Notes: a model not told the origin generated them from the letters alone. 52,551 nt of DNA from Candidatus Eiseniibacteriota bacterium (GCA_044222065.1 JBGAOA010000027.1:1-52551); one strand, 5' to 3'. Numbered from the stretch's first letter, positions 1-11,200 are shown. Numbers and translations: made by a program.

Positions 1-990
1 GGCTCGCCGACGGCGCCGCCCGCGAGCAGCGCTCCGCCGGCCGCGAACGACACGACGGTGAAGCTGCTCGAGGACTTCACCGCGCGGCAGATCTTCCCCG
101 CGGACAACTGGTGGAACCTCGACGTGTCGGCCGCGCCCGTGGACGCGAACTCGCAGGCCTTCATCGACTGGATCAGCGGCCGCACGCCGGCGAACCCGAC
201 GGCGACGCGCAACGCGCATCCCGACTTCGGCCCTCCGCCCTACGGCATTCCGTACGTCGGCGTGAGCGGCGCGCAAGCGCTCTCCGCCGTGACGTTCTCG
301 CCGTACGGCAGCCAGAGCGATGGCGGCGCGAGCGGGCGGCCCGCGGGCTACCCGATTCCCACGATCGCGCGCACGACCGCGAACTACGTCGAGGGCGGCA
401 TCGCCGGCGGCGGGACGAGCGGCGACCGCCACCTGCTGATCATCGACCGCGATCACGACCTGCTGTTCGAAACGTGGGCGACGCGCTGGAACGGATCGCA
501 GTCGCGTTGGGAGGCGGGCTCGGGCGCCGTGTTCGATCTCGCGAGCAACGCGCGGCGCCCCGACGGCTGGACGAGCGCCGACGCGGCGGGGCTCGCGATC
601 TTCCCGGGCCTCGTGCGCTACGACGAGGTCGCGGCCCCCGGCGCGATCACGCACGCGTTCCGCGTCACGGTGCGCGCGACGAACGGCTACGTGTGGCCCG
701 CCTCGCACGAGGCGGGGAGCACGAGCGGCGCGCCGCCGATGGGCCTGCGGCTCCGCATGAAGGCGTCGAAGGTCCTGACGGGCTACCCGGCCGGCGTCCA
801 GAAGATCTTCCAGGCGATGAAGACCTACGGCCTCATCGTCGCGGACAACGGCACCGACCTGTACGTGTCGGGCACGATGGACGGGCGCTGGGACAACGAC
901 GTCCTGAACCCCGCCTTCCACGGGCTCACCGCGGACGACTTCGAGGTCGTCCAGCTCGGCTGGGGCGCGCCGCCCGCGGCGCAGCGCTGA
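1..990 (+). CDS. 5'-partial conserved exported hypothetical protein
   Basis: Frame is open from base 1 (GSPTAPPASS linker) with strong GC3 bias. Motifs PYGIPY, GDRH, SADAAGL and YGLIVADNG resemble a widespread uncharacterised secreted family. Confidence 0.8.
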   Translation, partial: GSPTAPPASSAPPAANDTTVKLLEDFTARQIFPADNWWNLDVSAAPVDANSQAFIDWISGRTPANPTATRNAHPDFGPPPYGIPYVGVSGAQALSAVTFSPYGSQSDGGASGRPAGYPIPTIARTTANYVEGGIAGGGTSGDRHLLIIDRDHDLLFETWATRWNGSQSRWEAGSGAVFDLASNARRPDGWTSADAAGLAIFPGLVRYDEVAAPGAITHAFRVTVRATNGYVWPASHEAGSTSGAPPMGLRLRMKASKVLTGYPAGVQKIFQAMKTYGLIVADNGTDLYVSGTMDGRWDNDVLNPAFHGLTADDFEVVQLGWGAPPAAQR

Positions 991-1171
991 GCGAGCGGCC
1001 GGCGTGTGATCCGCGCCGGCGATCGGGGTTCACTCCGGCGACGTCCCGCAACCGCGACGCGGCCGCCCGCGTAGGCTCGGCACTCCGCCGCCCTTGCGCT
1101 CGATCCGCAGAGGTCCGAATCTCCGCGCGCCGAACCCGACCCGCGACCGCATTCCATCCGAGGAGCCGACC

Positions 1172-2062
1172 ATGACCCGCACGCGTTCCGTCGTTCTTTC
1201 GCTCGCGCTCGCCGCCGCGTTCGCCGCGGGCGCCGCACTCCCCGCGCACGCGGGCTGGGGCGACGCCATCAAGGCCGCGAAGGACAAGGCCACGAAAGCC
1301 GTCACGAAGAAGGCGGGCGGCGAGGCCGCGACCGCCGCCGGTGGCGGAGGCAAGGTCGAGTTCGACGACGTGCTGCTCGAACTGACGGACGCGCGACTCG
1401 AGCAGGTGATCACCGGGTTCAAGGCCGGCGCGGTCGAGGGCAAGAGCCGCGCGGCGCTCGTCGCGAAGCACCAGAAGACGGTCGAAGCGTCGGACGCCCT
1501 CAGCGCGAAGTACAGCAGCGCGATCCAGGACGCCGACTCGAAGCGCAGCGAGGCCGAGTCCTGCTGGCACGAGGTCATCCACAAGCGCACGAAGGCGCGC
1601 GAGGACGAGATGTCGCAGAAGATGCAGTCCGACCCGGCCATGCGCGCGAAGATGATGGATCTCGCGATGCAGATGGGGAAGGCGCAGGCCGCCGGCGACA
1701 ACGCGACCGTCGCGAAGCTGCAGCAGCAGATGATGGACATGTCCGGCCCGACGAAGGCGGACACGGCGGCCGCGCAGGCGAAGTGCGGCGCGCTCCCGCC
1801 GCGTCACCCGAAGGCGGCGGAACTCGAAGCGCTGCAGGAGCAGTCGCACGACGAGGAAACCGACCTGCGCGGCCTCGACAACAAGATGCTCATGAACCAG
1901 TCGAAGAGCAGCGGACTCACCATGGCGCAGTTCGCGATGGCGCGCGAGCGCATCGAGATGTACCTCGCGGGCGGCAAGAACCCGAGCGGCTTCACGCCGA
2001 ACGAGCTCTCTTCGCTCGGTTCGCACCGCGACGCGCTGCAGGCGGCTCTCGCGGGCTCGTGA
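1172..2062 (+). CDS. secreted alpha-helical hypothetical protein
   Basis: AGGAG at 1161-1165 precedes the ATG. Signal peptide ends AHA; the body is Lys/Ala/Met-rich and helical. Confidence 0.85.
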   Translation: MTRTRSVVLSLALAAAFAAGAALPAHAGWGDAIKAAKDKATKAVTKKAGGEAATAAGGGGKVEFDDVLLELTDARLEQVITGFKAGAVEGKSRAALVAKHQKTVEASDALSAKYSSAIQDADSKRSEAESCWHEVIHKRTKAREDEMSQKMQSDPAMRAKMMDLAMQMGKAQAAGDNATVAKLQQQMMDMSGPTKADTAAAQAKCGALPPRHPKAAELEALQEQSHDEETDLRGLDNKMLMNQSKSSGLTMAQFAMARERIEMYLAGGKNPSGFTPNELSSLGSHRDALQAALAGS

Positions 2063-3006
2063 GCCCCGGCGTCCGCATCGCGCTCGCCTGCGCACTGGCG
2101 CCGCTCGTCCTCGCGACGGGCGGCGCCGGTCGCGTCTTCGGCGCCGACGCGCCGCCGGTCACGACGCTCGCCGTCGAAGTGCGCGGCGGGTGGCGCGAGT
2201 GGTGGCGCTCCGATCGGCCGCCCGCACAGTGGCTCGGCGAGAACCCCGAAGTCTCCGCGGCGCTCCGCTGGAAGCGCGCGGCGCCCGGCGTGTGGTGGGC
2301 GACGATGCGGATCGCGGCCGCGGGCCCCGCGTGGCGCACGAAGGTCGTCGTCGTGGACGTCGAACCGGAGTTCGTGCGTTTCGACCTCGACTTCGACCTG
2401 ACGCCCGAAGACGCGAAGCCGCGCTGGACGATCGAGCGCGCGCCGAAGGACGCGCTCGTCGCGTTCAACGCCGGACAGTTCCTCCACACGATGCCGTGGG
2501 GCTGGGTCGTCACCGACGGACGCACGCGGCTCGCGCCCGGCACGGGCCCGCTGTCGTGCGCGGTCGCCTTCGACGCCTCGGGGGCGATGCGCTGGATCGG
2601 AGGCGACTCGCTCGCGGCTCCGCCGTCGGGGATCGTCACCGCGTTCCAGTCGTACCCGACTTTGCTCGAGCGAGACGGCATCGTGCCCGAGGCCTTGCGC
2701 GCTCCGGGCGGCGGCGTGAACCTGCGGCACCGCGACGCGCGCCTCGCGCTCGGGCAGATGCGCGACGGCCGGCTGCGCATCGTGCTGACGCGCTTCGACG
2801 CTGTCGGGGATGCGGGCGGCGCGGTGCCGATCGGGCCGACGACCCCCGAGATGGCCGCCCTCATGGGGGCGCTGGGCGCGGCGCGCGCCGTGATGCTCGA
2901 CGGCGGGATCTCGTCGCAGCTCCTGCTGCGCGAGTCCGGCGGCCGCACGCGCCGCTGGGCCGGCCACCGGAAGGTGCCGCTCGCGCTGGTCGTCCGGCCG
3001 CGCTGA
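2059..3006 (+). CDS. phosphodiester glycosidase (NAGPA-like) family protein
   Basis: GTGA overlap with the upstream stop; signal peptide; motifs FNAG, RLALG and AVMLDGGISSQL. Confidence 0.75.
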   Translation: MSPGVRIALACALAPLVLATGGAGRVFGADAPPVTTLAVEVRGGWREWWRSDRPPAQWLGENPEVSAALRWKRAAPGVWWATMRIAAAGPAWRTKVVVVDVEPEFVRFDLDFDLTPEDAKPRWTIERAPKDALVAFNAGQFLHTMPWGWVVTDGRTRLAPGTGPLSCAVAFDASGAMRWIGGDSLAAPPSGIVTAFQSYPTLLERDGIVPEALRAPGGGVNLRHRDARLALGQMRDGRLRIVLTRFDAVGDAGGAVPIGPTTPEMAALMGALGAARAVMLDGGISSQLLLRESGGRTRRWAGHRKVPLALVVRPR

Positions 3007-3124
3007 CCGCGCATCCCGCGCCGCGGCCGCGCGCCGGGCAATGCTAGAGTGATCGCGCCCGCGGACCGCTCGCGGGCCCGTTCAATCCGCCCGCACCCGC
3101 ACCTCGCTCCCGGAGTCTCCGCCG

Positions 3125-5848
3125 ATGCGCCGTCACCCGTTCGCGCCACTCAGCCTCGCCCTGCTCGCCGTCGCCTTCGCCGCGGCGGGCGCCGTCGCCG
3201 AACCTTTCCAGTTCCCGATGCCGAACGGCGAGACCGAATCGCGCGACGCGCGCGACGTCGCGCCGTACCTCGCGGCCTGGAAGGCGCGCGTCGCCGGGCG
3301 CGCCGCGGCCGCGCACCAGCCGATGACGGCGAACCAGCAGCAGTACGACGTGCGGTGGCACGACCTGAACCTCACGTTCACGACCGGCACGAATCAGGTC
3401 TCGGGCACGGTGCGCACGAAGGGCACGGTCGTCGCGGGGCCGATCTCGGTCGTCGAACTGGACCTGTACGCGAACATGGTCGTGGACGGCGCGACGTCGG
3501 CGGGCGGCGCGACGACGACCTCGCGCGCCGGCAACCTGCTCACGGTGAACCTCGAGCGCGCGTACAACACGGGCGAGACGTTCGACATCACCGTGACGTA
3601 CCACGGCGCGCCGTCGGGCAGCGGCTACTTCGGGTTCTCGTCGGTGCAGGCGCGCACGCTCATCTGGAGCCTCTCCGAGGCCTACGGCGCGCGCACCTGG
3701 TGGCCGTGCAAGGACGCGCCCGAGGACAAGGCCGATTCGGTGGACGTGCACTTCACGGTGCCGAGCTCGATGACGGCGGTCTCGAACGGCACGCTCACGG
3801 GCACGACGAACAACGGCGCGACGATCACGTACCACTGGAAGGAGCGCTACCCGATCGCGACCTACCTCGTCTCGATCGCCGCGTACGCCTATTCGATCGT
3901 GGACGACTGGTACAAGCCGACGCCGACCGACTCGATGCTCATCCGCTTCCACATCGTGCCCGAATCGGTCGGGAACGCCGCGACGGTGGACGCGAAGGTG
4001 AAGGACATGATCGCGGCCTACGCCTCGCGCATGGGCGAGTACCCGTTCCTCGCCGAGAAGTACGGGCACGCCGAGTTCCCGTTCTCGGGCGGCATGGAGC
4101 ACCAGACGTGCACGAGCCTCGGCGTCTACAACGAGTCGGTCATCGCGCACGAGCTGATGCACCAGTGGTGGGGCGACCTCGTGACGTGCCGCGACTTCGC
4201 GCACATCTGGCTCAACGAGGGCTTCGCGACCTACGGCGAGGCGCTGTGGCAGGAGGCGATCGGCGGCATGAGCGCCTACCACGCCGACATGAACTTCAAC
4301 CGCTACCTCGGCGCCGGCACGGTCTGGGTGCCCGACCCGTTGAACGAGTCGCGCGTGTTCGACTCGAACCTGTCGTACAACAAGGGCTCGTGGGTGCTGC
4401 ACATGCTGCGGCACGTGCTCGGCGACGACACGTTCTTCGAGGCGCTGCGCCACTACCGCGACGTGTGGGGCTACAAGAGCGCGACGACCGAGGACTTCCG
4501 CGACGCCGTCGAGGCGGTCGCCGGGCGCGATCTCGACGCGTTCTTCCAGCAGTGGGTCTACGGCGAGTACTACCCGACCTACCAGTACAGCTGGACGAGC
4601 GCGCCGTCGGGCGGCGGCTACGACGTGACGCTCACGCTCCAGCAGATCCAGGCCTGGCAGCTCTTCAACATGCCCGTGGACGTCACGATCACGACCGCGT
4701 CGTCCGAGACAACGTTCGTCGTGCCGGACTCGCTCGCCTCGCAGACGTTCGTGCTGCACGTCGCGGCGTCGCCGACCGGCGTTCAGATCGACAAGGACGG
4801 CTGGATCTTGAAGAGCGTGAAGACCGTCGTGTCGAACCCGTCGTTCGAGCGCTCGGTACTGCTCGTGAACGGCGTGGACTGGTCGAACTACGGCACCGAG
4901 ATCACGAGCGCGTACACGGACAAGGCGTTCTGGGGCAACTACGCGGTCGACTTCTGGGACAACTTCGACACGCCGGCCGGCGGCTACCCCGCGACGCTGC
5001 CGGCGCCGCTCGGCCACGGCGCCGTGCCCGGCGACGTGCTCGGGCACTACCGCAACGTCATCTGGATCGGGAACAACTTCAACGGCGACCTCGCGTCGTG
5101 GCAGGACACGCCGGCGCTCTCGTACCTGCAGGCGGGCGGGAACCTGTTCCTGCTCACGCGCCAGGGCGAGAGCTTCCTCGACACGCCCCTGCGCCAGTAC
5201 CTCGGCATCAACTGGGCGAGCACCGGCGTGACGCTCAACGACTGCATCACGACGCGGCCCGGACTGACGAACATCGGCCGCATCAGCACGCAGAGCCTGT
5301 GCGCCGTGTTCGACACGAACCGCACGACGCCCGAGAGCCAGCTGCTGTGGCGCGTGAGCCTCGGCTTCACGCCGTCGCGCGGCATCGGCGCGATCCGCAT
5401 TCCGCCGAACGGCGCGGGGTTCCGCCCGCACGGCGGGCGCTTCGCGTTCCTGTCGGGCCGGCCGTATCGCTGGGACCACACGCTGCTCAAGAACAACATC
5501 CAGACGATCCTCGGCTCGTGGTTCCTCGAGCCCGTAAACCTGCTCGCGGCGGACTCCGGCGAACTCGCGGCGCGGCTGTCGTTCGAAGCGGTCGCGCCGA
5601 ATCCGTCGAGCCGTGGCGCCGCGCTGCGGTTCTCGCTGCCGCGCGCGGGACGCGCCCGGCTCGTCGTGCTCGATGTCGCCGGACGCGCCGTCCGCACGCT
5701 CGTGGACGGCTCGATGTCCGCGGGTCCGCACGAGGCGGACTGGGACGGCCGCGACGGCGCGGGCGCGCTCGCCGCGCCGGGCCTCTACTTCGCGCGCCTC
5801 GACGCCGACGGCGAGCACGCCGTGAGGCGCATCGTGCGCGTGCGGTGA
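3125..5848 (+). CDS. secreted M1 family Zn aminopeptidase with C-terminal FlgD-Ig domain
   Basis: GGMEH, HELMHQWWG and NEGFA motifs plus YNKG. C-terminus APNPS...LDVAGRAVRTL...WDGRD...PGLYFARL. Confidence 0.93.
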   Translation: MRRHPFAPLSLALLAVAFAAAGAVAEPFQFPMPNGETESRDARDVAPYLAAWKARVAGRAAAAHQPMTANQQQYDVRWHDLNLTFTTGTNQVSGTVRTKGTVVAGPISVVELDLYANMVVDGATSAGGATTTSRAGNLLTVNLERAYNTGETFDITVTYHGAPSGSGYFGFSSVQARTLIWSLSEAYGARTWWPCKDAPEDKADSVDVHFTVPSSMTAVSNGTLTGTTNNGATITYHWKERYPIATYLVSIAAYAYSIVDDWYKPTPTDSMLIRFHIVPESVGNAATVDAKVKDMIAAYASRMGEYPFLAEKYGHAEFPFSGGMEHQTCTSLGVYNESVIAHELMHQWWGDLVTCRDFAHIWLNEGFATYGEALWQEAIGGMSAYHADMNFNRYLGAGTVWVPDPLNESRVFDSNLSYNKGSWVLHMLRHVLGDDTFFEALRHYRDVWGYKSATTEDFRDAVEAVAGRDLDAFFQQWVYGEYYPTYQYSWTSAPSGGGYDVTLTLQQIQAWQLFNMPVDVTITTASSETTFVVPDSLASQTFVLHVAASPTGVQIDKDGWILKSVKTVVSNPSFERSVLLVNGVDWSNYGTEITSAYTDKAFWGNYAVDFWDNFDTPAGGYPATLPAPLGHGAVPGDVLGHYRNVIWIGNNFNGDLASWQDTPALSYLQAGGNLFLLTRQGESFLDTPLRQYLGINWASTGVTLNDCITTRPGLTNIGRISTQSLCAVFDTNRTTPESQLLWRVSLGFTPSRGIGAIRIPPNGAGFRPHGGRFAFLSGRPYRWDHTLLKNNIQTILGSWFLEPVNLLAADSGELAARLSFEAVAPNPSSRGAALRFSLPRAGRARLVVLDVAGRAVRTLVDGSMSAGPHEADWDGRDGAGALAAPGLYFARLDADGEHAVRRIVRVR

Positions 5849-5880
5849 TTCGGAGCACGACCCCTCGCGCTGCGAAAGGA

Positions 5881-5914
5881 CGACGGGCCGGCGCTCGGAA
5901 GCGCCGGCCCGTCG
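5881..5914. terminator. hairpin between convergent genes, probable bidirectional terminator
   Basis: Perfect 15-bp stem CGACGGGCCGGCGCT / AGCGCCGGCCCGTCG with a 4-nt loop. Confidence 0.7.
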
Positions 5915-5934
5915 CGTTGGAGGGGCGGTTCGGC

Positions 5935-6231
5935 CTAACCCGCGCCGGGGGCGTGTCCCTCGATCGTTCCCGAGATCGTCAGCCAGTCGGCCCAACTCTC
6001 CAGGGCGCGCATCTCGCCGGCGGGAACGTCGGCGGTCAGCGCTTCGAACGGCCGGCGCATCGTTTCGAGGATCAGGGCCCACGTCAGGCGGAGCAGCTCG
6101 TGGAGGCCGGACAGGACCGAGCGGGCATCCATGAGACCGCCCGCCGGGCCGCCGTCCTGAACGAGGGAGCCACCGCCGATCACGCCCGGCGGCAACGCCC
6201 GCAATGCCTCGATGCTCGGTCGAGTGATCAT
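5935..6231 (-). CDS. small hypothetical protein with ESWADWL motif
   Basis: Starts 5 nt after the upstream stop and shares a motif with the neighbouring ORF. Confidence 0.5.
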   Translation of the reverse strand: MITRPSIEALRALPPGVIGGGSLVQDGGPAGGLMDARSVLSGLHELLRLTWALILETMRRPFEALTADVPAGEMRALESWADWLTISGTIEGHAPGAG

Positions 6232-6236
6232 TGTTT

Positions 6237-6617
6237 CTAGTCCTTCGTCGTCTCGTGCGAGTGGACCGCCGCACGCCGGGGTTCGAGGTGGCCGTGATCG
6301 AAAGCATCGTGGGCGAGCGCCACGTCGTGATCCGCCGCGGGTTCACGCGTCTCGCCGTTCGTGTGCGCCCGGTGGTCGAGGGTCTCGTGGAACTCGGTCG
6401 CGGTCTCGTGCCGGTGCGAGTCGTGGTGATCCGGATGGTGATCCGCATCTTCGCCGCGCGCGTCGGCCCCGGAGCCCGAGGCGACGAGCCAGTCCGCCCA
6501 GGCCTCCACGAAGTTCAGGGCCGCGCGCTCGCGCCGGCCGGCCGGGGACTCGTTGATTCCAGATTCAGAGAGACGTCCGTCCTGGGCGTCCGCCGGGTTC
6601 TTTCGTTCGAAGGTCAT
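6237..6617 (-). CDS. His-rich small hypothetical protein
   Basis: GGGAGG RBS upstream of the ATG; EAWADWL motif; 15 His in the C-terminal half. Confidence 0.65.
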   Translation of the reverse strand: MTFERKNPADAQDGRLSESGINESPAGRRERAALNFVEAWADWLVASGSGADARGEDADHHPDHHDSHRHETATEFHETLDHRAHTNGETREPAADHDVALAHDAFDHGHLEPRRAAVHSHETTKD

Positions 6618-6780
6618 TGTCATCCTCCCGCGTCTGCGGAGTGTGGGTTCGGGGGGGCGGCCTCGCTCCCCTTGGTCGCGCTGCACCGAGCCGCTTCCAG
6701 GCGGCCTCAATGCATCCCGCGCGAACCGCGCACAGCGCGAAGGAACGTCATGAGCGAGGTGAGTCGGATCGTGGGCGGAG

Positions 6781-7506
6781 TCACTCGTGCGCCTCGTCGT
6801 TCGGCGAGGCCTCGAAGAAGAACTTCCACACGCCGACCGCGTGGATCGCGCGCAGCGCCTCGTGGCGGCGACGGTCGTCGCGGTAGCGGTGCGTGCAGTC
6901 GAACGCGATGCCCTCGAGGACCGACTTCGATACCTCCTGGGCCGCGCGGTTCAGGTGGTGCTTGTAGGCGCGCTCGTTGCTCACGAGCACGAAGGTCGTG
7001 TCGTCGGGAATGCCGAAGCCCTGCCAGTCGATCCGCTGCCCGACGTGCTCCTCGAGGTGGTGCTGGAGCGCCGCACGGCGCGGAAGCGTGAGCGCGCGGA
7101 ACGCGGAGCACATGTAGGGATGCAGCACCGGCATGTGGCGCGAGCGCAGCTCGTGGAGCGACGGAACCGCGCGATTCGCGGCCGCCGCCGACTCGATCGC
7201 GGGGAGGGCCCCGGCCTCGTGAGGGACCGGGCCGGCGTGCTGACCGAGGGCGTGCAGCGATTCCTCGACGTGCTGCGGCGTCACCGCGCTCGAATCGGCG
7301 TGGTGCGCCTCGCCGTGCGCCGCCGTCTCGTGCGCGTGCGGCTCGGCGGTGTGGCCGCCCTCGCCGTGCGCGCCGGCCGGCGCGTGGAGCGCGTCGTGGG
7401 GGTTCGTGACCCCGGACTCGGCGGTGGTCGGCGGGCGCAGGGGAGCGCCGGGATCCTGGCCGTGGTGTCGGTGCGTCGTTCCGGTCGAAGCGCCTCGGTT
7501 CTTCAT
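6781..7506 (-). CDS. hypothetical protein with His-rich N-terminus and globular C-terminal domain
   Basis: GGGAGG RBS (7513-7518) and ATG at 7506; coding-like codon usage. Confidence 0.75.
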   Translation of the reverse strand: MKNRGASTGTTHRHHGQDPGAPLRPPTTAESGVTNPHDALHAPAGAHGEGGHTAEPHAHETAAHGEAHHADSSAVTPQHVEESLHALGQHAGPVPHEAGALPAIESAAAANRAVPSLHELRSRHMPVLHPYMCSAFRALTLPRRAALQHHLEEHVGQRIDWQGFGIPDDTTFVLVSNERAYKHHLNRAAQEVSKSVLEGIAFDCTHRYRDDRRRHEALRAIHAVGVWKFFFEASPNDEAHE

Positions 7507-7705
7507 GAAGAACCTCCCTGAATCGCCGCGGCAAGCGGCGGGTGAACGGGTGCCGGGGTCTGGGGCCCCGGCGGGATGCGCGCATTCTCCGCGATCCGAT
7601 GCGCGATTCCGTGTGGCGCACTTGAAAAGTCCGCGCGCCGCCCCCACGCGGTCGCGTGCTACCGTGTCCGCCGCTCGCGCCGTCGCACTCCGGAGGCCGC
7701 CGCCC

Positions 7706-8158
7706 GTGTCGTCCACGCCCAACCTGATTCCCCGCACGCTCGCCATCGCGCACGCGCTGGTCGGGCTCGCGATCGCGGCGCTCACGCTGCTCGCGTTCGT
7801 GTGGCCGATGGCGCGCGCGTCGTACTCGTTCTCGGCGCTGCTGTTCATGGGGCCGCCAACGGCGCTCGGGCTCGCGCTCGCCGTCTGGTTCGTCGTCGTC
7901 GCCGGACGCGTGTGGTTCGAGCGGCCGGGCGCCGCGAAGCAGCTTCGTCTCACCGATGCCGGGCTGCTTCTGATCGCCGTGCTGCTCGTGCTGCTCGGCC
8001 GCTTCTGGATCGGCGCCGCGACGGAGAGCGCGGCCCACGGGGGCGGACTGCTCGGCGGACTCGGTTATCTTCCGCTCGCCGCCGGGGTCGCGCTCGGCGG
8101 ATTCGCGCTCGTCGCGCTGCTCCTGTCCTTCGGTCTCTCGCGCCCGCCGGGGCGGTGA
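7706..8158 (+). CDS. small 4-TM membrane protein
   Basis: GGAGG near 7692 precedes a GTG; four hydrophobic segments. Confidence 0.7.
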   Translation: MSSTPNLIPRTLAIAHALVGLAIAALTLLAFVWPMARASYSFSALLFMGPPTALGLALAVWFVVVAGRVWFERPGAAKQLRLTDAGLLLIAVLLVLLGRFWIGAATESAAHGGGLLGGLGYLPLAAGVALGGFALVALLLSFGLSRPPGR

Positions 8159-8201
8159 GCGGCCGGCCGGTGCGGGGCGCCGCGCGAGCGGGGGAGAGCG
8201 A

Positions 8202-11200
8202 ATGAAGCACCGCTTCGCAGGCCGCTACCAGTTCCTGCGCCGACTCGGCAGCGGCGGAATGGGCGTGGTCTACCTCGCCTACGACGTCACGACGCGCAGC
8301 CAGTGCGCGGTGAAGCGCCTGCCGGCGCGCGCCGTCGAAGGCGGCGCCGCCGCGCTGCGCCGCGAATTCGAAGCGCTCGCGCGCCTGAGGCATCCGGCGA
8401 TCGTCGGCGTGCGCGAATTCGCCGTCACGCCCGAGGGCGAGCCCTATCTCGTGCTCGAATTCGTGCCCGGGCTCTCGGCCGACGCCGTCGTCGCGCGCGG
8501 GGACTGGCGCCGCGTCGCCGAAGTCGGCATCGAGATGGCGCACGGTCTCGAGGCGCTGCACGCCGCGGGCGTCGTGCACGGCGACCTGAAGCCGACGAAC
8601 GTCATCGTTGTCGCCGACACCGACCCCGCGGCGCGCTTCGCGAGCGTGCGACTGCTCGACTTCGGGCTCGCCGCGCTGCTCGGGGGCGCGGGCGAGACGC
8701 ATCGCGGCACGGCGGGATACGCGGCGCCCGAGATGGTCCTCGGCGAACCGCCGACGCCGGCCTCGGATCTCTACGGGCTCGGCGCGACGATGTGCGCGCT
8801 GCTGCTCGGCGAGCCGCCCTTCCCGGGAGCGGACGCGGCCGCGCGGCTGCGCGCGCAGCGGGAGGGGCCGCCGGAACGCCACCGGCTCGAGGGCTTCGGA
8901 GCGCCCGAGCCGTTCCTCGACCTGGTGCTCGCGCTGCTCGCTCCTTCGGCGTCCGACCGGCCCGAGAGCGCGCGGGCCGCGCGGCTCGAGATCGAACGCG
9001 TCGTCCCCGGATCGCGCCGCGATCTCGGCGAGCGGTTCGGCGCCGCGGTCGTGGTCGGGCGCGACCGCGACCTCGTCCGCCTCGAGGCGCGGCTCGCGCT
9101 CGCGCCGCGGGCGCCTCGCCTCGCGCTCGTCCGCGGTGAGGCCGGCGTCGGCAAGACCGCGTTCCTCGGCGCGCTCGTCGCCCGCGCGATCCTCGCCGGA
9201 CGCGCGACGCTGTCGCTCTCGTGCCAGGCCTCCTCCGAGCGCGGCGCCGTCGCACGCGCCGTCGCGCGTCTGTTGTACGACCGCGTTCCGGCCGAGAAGC
9301 GCGCATCGGCCGACGCCGGAGTCGCGCTGCTCGATCCGGCGGCGCCGCTCGACGACGCGGCGCTCGAGCCCGCCGTGCACGCAACGATGCGGTGGGCGGG
9401 CGCGGCGCTCGACGTCCGCGGCCTGCTCGTCACGCTCGACGATGCCGAGGCGCTCGACCCGTGGAGCGGCGCGTGGCTCCGGCGGCTGTTGCTGCAGGCG
9501 AAGCCGCCGGCGATCCGGTGGGTGCTGGCCGCACGCGGCGAAGCGGCCACCGAAGCCGACGTGCTGCTCGACGCCGGCCGCGGCATCGGGGTGACGCTCG
9601 ACGTGCTCGCGCCCGCCGAGGTCGAAGCGCTCGTCGGCGCCCGGCTCCACGCGCCGCCGCCGCGCGAGTTGCTCGAGTTCCTCGCGCGCCACGCTGCGGG
9701 ACATCCCGGGTTCACGGTCGAACTGCTGCGCGCCGCGGCGCGCGCCGGCGCGATCGTCGAGACCGAGGCCGGGATCACCGTGCACGCGGCGCGGCTCTCG
9801 GAAGTCGGCGGCGCGGGCGACTTCGAGCAACGGCTCCTCGAGCGACTCGATGCGCTCGACCCGTCCGGCCGCGCGACCGTCGACGCGCTCGCGCTCGCGG
9901 GCGAAGCGCTCGCTCCGGAGGCGCTGCGCGCGCTCGAGCCGCGCGCCGACGACGCGCTGCCCTCGCTCGTCGCGAACGGTCTCGTGACGCGGGCGGCGAG
10001 CGGCGTGCTGCTGCTCCGCGGGGCGACCGTGGCCGAGTGGCTGCGCGAGCGAATCGCGCCCGACCGCGCGGCGGCGCTCCACCGCGTGCGGCTCGAGGCG
10101 CCGGGGATCGCGGCGACTCATCGCGTCCGCCACGCGCTCGCGCTCGGCGAGACCGCGCTGGCGCTCGAGGCGGCCGAAGCCGCCTTCGCGCTCGATCCGG
10201 ACGGCCCTCTGGCGCTCACGGCCGCTGCCGCGGCCCGGTCCGCCGACGCGTCGCTCGCCGCGCGCTGGTACGTCCGCGCCGCCCAGTCGTTCCGCGCTCG
10301 CGGGCGCTACGACAAGGTGCGCGATCCGATCGAGCACGCACTGGCGCTCGACCCCGCGGCTCCGTCGCGCGCGAGCCTCTGGGTGCTGCTGTCGACGTCC
10401 GCGCTTCGCGTCGGCGACCTCGAGGGCGTGCTCGACGTCGTGCGTCGCGCCGAATCCGAGGCGCTCCCCGCCTCGGCGCACGCGCAGCTGCTCGTCAATC
10501 GCGCGTCCGCGCTTCAGAGTCTCGGCCGTGGTGATGCCGGGTCGGTGGACTCGAACCGTGCGATGGGCCTCGCCGAGGAGTCGAAGGACCCGGTGGCGAT
10601 CGGGCTCGCGAGCGAGCGGCTGAGCTACGAGCATCTCGAGCGCGGTGCGCTCGATGCGGCCGAGCGCCTGCAGCGGCGCATGGCCGAGGCCTACCTCTCG
10701 ATTCGCGATCCGTTCGGCATGGCCGCCGCCCTGTCGCTCGAGTCACGCATCGCCCAGTCGCGCGGGCGCACGGACGAAGCCGAGCGCCTGCTCGTCGAGG
10801 CGATTGGGCTCGTGCGGACGACGCCGAACCGCCTCGCGCTCGGCACGCGGCTTCGACAGCTCGGGGAGCTGCGCGTGAACACCGGCCGCTGGGGGGCGGC
10901 GGACGAACCGGAGCTCGAGGCGCTGCGCATCGCGCTCGAAGACCGCTTCGACACCGAGGCGGCGATCCTGAGCGGACACCTCGCGGTGAGCGACGGGCTG
11001 CGCGGCCGCGGCCGCCGCGCACGCCGTCGCGCGCGCGCGGCCCTGCGGCTTTCGGCGCGCGCCGCTCCGGGCAACCTCGGCTACGCGCGCCGCGCGCTCG
11101 CGCAGGCCGAGCGCGTGCTCGGCCGCCGGGCCGCGGCGCTGCGCGCGGCGTCGCGCGCGCTCGCCGATCCCACGCCGGCGTGGCCCGAGGAGCGCCAGTG

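Noticed and set aside
3044..6448. Long antisense or alternate-frame ORFs (also 21485-24556, 45130-48186, 7950-10634 and many Arg/Ala-rich ORFs)
   Set aside because: Shadow ORFs of real high-GC genes; no motifs and biased composition.
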